Shown piece by piece: positions 10,194 through 13,034 of a stretch of 13,034 nucleotides of DNA; within the stretch, counting starts at the first letter, position 1; each line of letters begins with the position of its first letter. Source of the DNA: Methanotorris formicicus Mc-S-70. GTDB lineage: Archaea > AGJL01 > Methanococci > Methanococcales > Methanococcaceae. The position numbers and the translations under genes were made by a program. Location: NCBI RefSeq assembly GCF_000243455.1, contig NZ_AGJL01000051.1, positions 1 through 13,034 on the forward strand, in the 5' to 3' direction. The notes beneath the pieces are model-generated. The model had not been told where the DNA came from, did no database searches, and saw nothing but the letters and a program-made list of their open reading frames with translations.

Positions 10194-11588
10194 GTTAAAA
10201 TCAGACCCTAGGGGGATGGAAACGAAATAACAGAAGGACAACAGGGATTTGAAAACATTGAGTTAAAATCAGACCCTAGGGGGATGGAAACTCAAGGAAA
10301 TGTTTTAGCAATAAATTCAACAACTGTAAAGTTAAAATCAGACCCTAGGGGGATGGAAACGAGATAAAAGAATGGTTGGATAAATTTAAAATTGAGAGGT
10401 TAAAATCAGACCCTAGGGGGATGGAAACAAAAAAGCCATAAAGCAAGCAATGCAAAAATAAAACCTGTTAAAATCAGACCCTAGGGGGATGGAAACATCT
10501 GACATACACATCACATAACATTTTGTTTTTTTTGACAGTTAAAATCAGACCCTAGGGGGATGGAAACATAAACTTTGAGAAGTATAAGTATATTTGGGTT
10601 AAGGTTGATGGTTAAAATCAGACCCTAGGGGGATGGAAACATCTCTTTCTCTTCGTCTATCTCATAACTATCAAATACTGTTAAAATCAGACCCTAGGGG
10701 GATGGAAACTATAATCTTTTTTAATTAATGTTCCATCTTCAAGGTAGAAATGTTAAAATCAGACCCTAGGGGGATGGAAACGAAATAACAGAAGGACAAC
10801 AGGGATTTGAAAACATTGTTAAAATCAGACCCTAGGGGGATGGAAACTACGAATTTCCCCACCCTTTATGAATTAAAATGCAGGTTAAAATCAGACCCTA
10901 GGGGGATGGAAACGATTAATATGAAGTATTGAGAAGTCACTAAACAGTAAGTTAAAATCAGACCCTAGGGGGATGGAAACATTTTTTATAGCAAATCCGT
11001 TATAATCCCTTTCCAAAGTTAAAATCAGACCCTAGGGGGATGGAAACTCGTACTCTCTCAATAATTTTATAAATTCTCCAACACGTTAAAATCAGACCCT
11101 AGGGGGATGGAAACCAAGTTTTTTTATAAGTTAATTTTATCAGGGCAAAAGTTAAAATCAGACCCTAGGGGGATGGAAACACTCTTTTAAAATCACCATA
11201 TCCATTTAATAAATTTAGTTAAAATCAGACCCTAGGGGGATGGAAACTTTCTAAGTGGGATAGGAACTCTATAATGTGTTAATGTTAAAATCAGACCCTA
11301 GGGGGATGGAAACCTTAAAAACAGGTTTTTTAATCTATTAAAAAGCATACTTGTTAAAATCAGACCCTAGGGGGATGGAAACATCAAATTCAACAAGATA
11401 CTTATTATCCCCAATATATTGTTAAAATCAGACCCTAGGGGGATGGAAACCTCTATCTATCCCATATCCTTGAATTAATTCAAATAGTTAAAATCAGACC
11501 CTAGGGGGATGGAAACTAAATTCATCAGTTGCATCTATGAATGCTTTTGCATCAAATAGTTAAAATCAGACCCTAGGGGGATGGAAAC
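10194..11588 (+). CRISPR. CRISPR array B: 21 identical 30-nt repeats, 20 spacers (36-43 nt)
   Basis: The repeat is GTTAAAATCAGACCCTAGGGGGATGGAAAC. Repeats start at 10194, 10262, 10331, 10399, 10467, 10538, 10611, 10680, 10752, 10818, 10884, 10951, 11018, 11085, 11151, 11218, 11284, 11353, 11421, 11487 and 11559. Orientation follows from the ..GGAAAC 3' end and the upstream leader/TATA. All 21 copies read identically by eye. Confidence 0.97.
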
Positions 11589-11624
11589 ATTCTTTTATTA
11601 AAACTAAAAGAACAGGAAAGAAGA

Positions 11625-11721
11625 GTTATTTTTTTCTGTATGTTTCAGGTATATTTTCAAAATTGTAGATATGGATGGTTTCGGTTCAATGGGTTATTTT
11701 TTCTGTATGTTTCAGGTGTAT
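11625..11721. repeat. Tandem 30/29-bp duplication of nuclease coding sequence around a 38-nt insert (neo-repeat unit)
   Basis: Copy A is 11625-11654, gttatttttttctgtatgtttcaggtatat. Copy B is 11693-11721, gttattttttctgtatgtttcaggtgtat. They differ by one T indel and one A/G mismatch. The unique segment between them is 38 nt (11655-11692). Confidence 0.9.
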
Positions 11722-11947
11722 CAACTCCCAACAACCTAATCTTCCATAATTCTCCATTAACGTTCACATAAACAGTGTCTCCATCCACAACTTTAACGAC
11801 CTTTCCATAATAATGTTCATGAGTATTTACAAAATTAGAGGTATCTGAATTACTGTCATGAAAATTATTATTATGGAGTTCAATACATCCTCCTAAAAAA
11901 ACAAAAATAAGCAACATTAATATTATTGAATATATTTTAGGTTTCAT
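11657..11947 (-). pseudogene. 3'-truncated staphylococcal-nuclease (thermonuclease, SNase) homologue with signal/lipobox-like N-terminus
   Basis: The N-terminus MKPKIYSIILMLLIFVFLGGC looks like a signal peptide with a lipobox-like Cys. It is followed by GKVVKVVDGDTVYVNVNGELWKIRLLGVDTPET, which matches the SNase N-terminal motifs DGDT and R-L-x-G-[IV]-D-T-P-E. Only about 40 residues of the nuclease fold are present. The ORF tail PLNRNHPYLQF* is encoded by the 38-nt insert at 11655-11692. Confidence 0.7.
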
Positions 11948-11965
11948 ACTTCCTCCAAATGGTAT

Positions 11966-12486
11966 TTAGTTTAATCTTTTTAAAGCAATTATTTGGATTG
12001 TTATTAAAGTTAGAATTATTGCCCCTAATGGAATTGGTGCTTTTATTGTATTTCCACCACCGTTATTGTAGTTTCCATTAGATTTTGGTATATAATCAAC
12101 TGTTATTTTAATTGAGTCGATTCTGATAGCCTCTCCTTGTTTATCAATGAATATAGTAACTGAGTTATCACTTAAATATTTTGTAGCATTCTCTCCATCA
12201 ATGGTGATAATGGTAGTTGTGACAATATTATTCCCTACTTCTAATACTCCTACATCTTCACCATCTATCTTAACAATATTATTATCATAATCCACATCAT
12301 AAGCTTTAATTTCTACAGTCATGTTTTGAATATCTATCTCATTTATATCAAAAGTGGAAAATTAAATGTTACATTAATATCCTTATAGCCTACATAGTCA
12401 TTAGGGTCTGTGAAATTCTCCCAAATTTCCCCATATACCACTCCAATAAAGCTCAAAAAAATTAAGGCAATTAATATTTTCTTCAT
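11966..12486 (-). pseudogene. Frameshifted gene for a secreted/surface protein with a C-terminal sorting-signal-like anchor
   Basis: An ATG at 12486, preceded by GGGGGGT, opens MKKILIALIFLSFIGVVYGEIWENFTDPNDYVGYKDINVTFNFPLLI* (stop 12343-12345). This looks like a Sec signal peptide. A second frame is open from 12361 and continues as FSTFDINEIDIQNMTVEIK... to 11966. The two frames overlap across T-runs at 12346-12361, so a 1-nt indel or -1 slip would join them. The C-terminus is NGNYNNGGGNTIKAPIPLGAIILTLITIQIIALKRLN*. Confidence 0.55.
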
Positions 12487-12568
12487 AAATACCCCCCACA
12501 ATATTTACACCCATAATATTATTTTTTTCAAACCATATATTTAACCTTATTTTTGAAATTCAAAATAC

Positions 12569-12767
12569 TTAAATTAATAAAAATATATTAATCGATACTA
12601 TAATTGCTATTAAAACAACAGTCCTTGTTATCTCATTTGAAGCTCCCAAAATATCTCCATTAACTCCACCAAAATGCTTTTTAGCTATTTTAGCCATGCA
12701 TAAACCAGTAATTATTGCTGTTATTATAGCTATTATAACAATTTTCTTCCCAATGTCATCAAATATC
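12569..12767 (-). pseudogene. cobS: 5'-truncated cobS (adenosylcobinamide-GDP ribazoletransferase / cobalamin synthase), last ~65 codons only
   Basis: The sequence [27 protein letters not shown] matches the conserved CobS C-terminal G-G-x-[TN]-G-D-x-L-G-A block followed by a TM helix. CobS is about 240-250 aa, so the N-terminal three quarters, including the D-G-x-A-D region, are missing. The ORF-track start (12781) and its first five codons, MLILT, lie inside a CRISPR repeat. Confidence 0.7.
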
Positions 12768-12866
12768 GTTAAAATCAGCATAGTGGGATGGAAACTCTTT
12801 CAGATGGGATTTTGCACATTGTATTGCTTTTTGTTAAGTTAAAATCAGACCCCTGGAGATGGAAAC
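12768..12866 (+). CRISPR. Orphan mini-array: 2 degenerate array-B-type repeats and 1 spacer (42 nt), no leader
   Basis: The first repeat is 12768-12795, gttaaaatcagcatagtgggatggaaac (28 nt). The second is 12838-12866, gttaaaatcagacccctggagatggaaac (29 nt). The consensus is gttaaaatcagaccctagggggatggaaac. Both keep the gttaaaatcag 5' end and the gatggaaac 3' end. Confidence 0.75.
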
Positions 12867-13034
12867 CTGCTACCACCGTTGACATCATTAATAGTACTGA
12901 TAGTGTGATTTAACAATATTAACTTTAAAACCAAAAAATAGAAATATGTAGTACTTAAATAACTCGTTAAAAAACGGTGCATCTCCTATGCTAGCAGCAC
13001 TTAATAATATACTCACTAATTCTATAAATAGTTT

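Noticed and set aside
10224-11558. Self-targeting spacers (matches of array spacers to genes in this window)
   Set aside because: I saw no convincing match by eye between any spacer and the rest of the window. A proper answer needs a computational search of the whole genome.
11671-11683. atggatggtttc inside the 38-nt insert, resembling the repeat end gggatggaaac
   Set aside because: Only the hexamer GGATGG is shared, which is too short to indicate a degenerate repeat.
12888-13034. Minus-strand frame open from the window edge to TAA at 12888-12890 (...KLFIELVSILLSAASIGDAPFFNELFKYYIFLFFGFKVNIVKSHYQYY*)
   Set aside because: Only 48 codons are visible and I recognise no motif. In AT-rich sequence this is too weak to call as a gene. 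It may be the 3' end of a real gene that continues beyond the window.

Overview
AT-rich archaeal chromosomal segment. The gene content and CRISPR repeat type look like Methanococcales, probably Methanocaldococcus-like. That placement rests partly on my memory of the M. jannaschii lon-fucA adjacency and its short-repeat family, and I have not verified it. The core is housekeeping: prs (-), a hydrogenase maturation endopeptidase (+), membrane-bound archaeal LonB (+), a small coiled-coil/TM protein (+), a FucA-type class II aldolase (+), a UPF0147 protein (-) and the intein-free DNA polymerase D large subunit DP2 (+). Three CRISPR loci are interleaved with these genes, and no recognisable cas gene lies in the window. 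Array A (240-494) has 4 x 37-nt repeats and is read on the minus strand. Array B (10194-11588) has 21 identical 30-nt repeats on the plus strand, with a roughly 380-bp leader and a consensus TATA box. The third locus is an orphan pair of degenerate array-B-type repeats at 12768-12866. Between array B and the orphan repeats lie three decayed minus-strand genes: a 3'-truncated staphylococcal-nuclease-like gene, a frameshifted secreted protein with a C-terminal sorting-signal-like tail, and a 5'-truncated cobS. The most interesting signal is at the trailer of array B. A 29-30 bp piece of the nuclease coding sequence is duplicated around a 38-nt insert, exactly in register with the array. This looks like the footprint of an off-target CRISPR spacer integration that created a neo-repeat. 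Other points are a spacer acquired twice with a 2-nt offset, and two repeat families sharing an identical 10-nt 3' end. All calls come from reading the sequence by eye. No database search was run.
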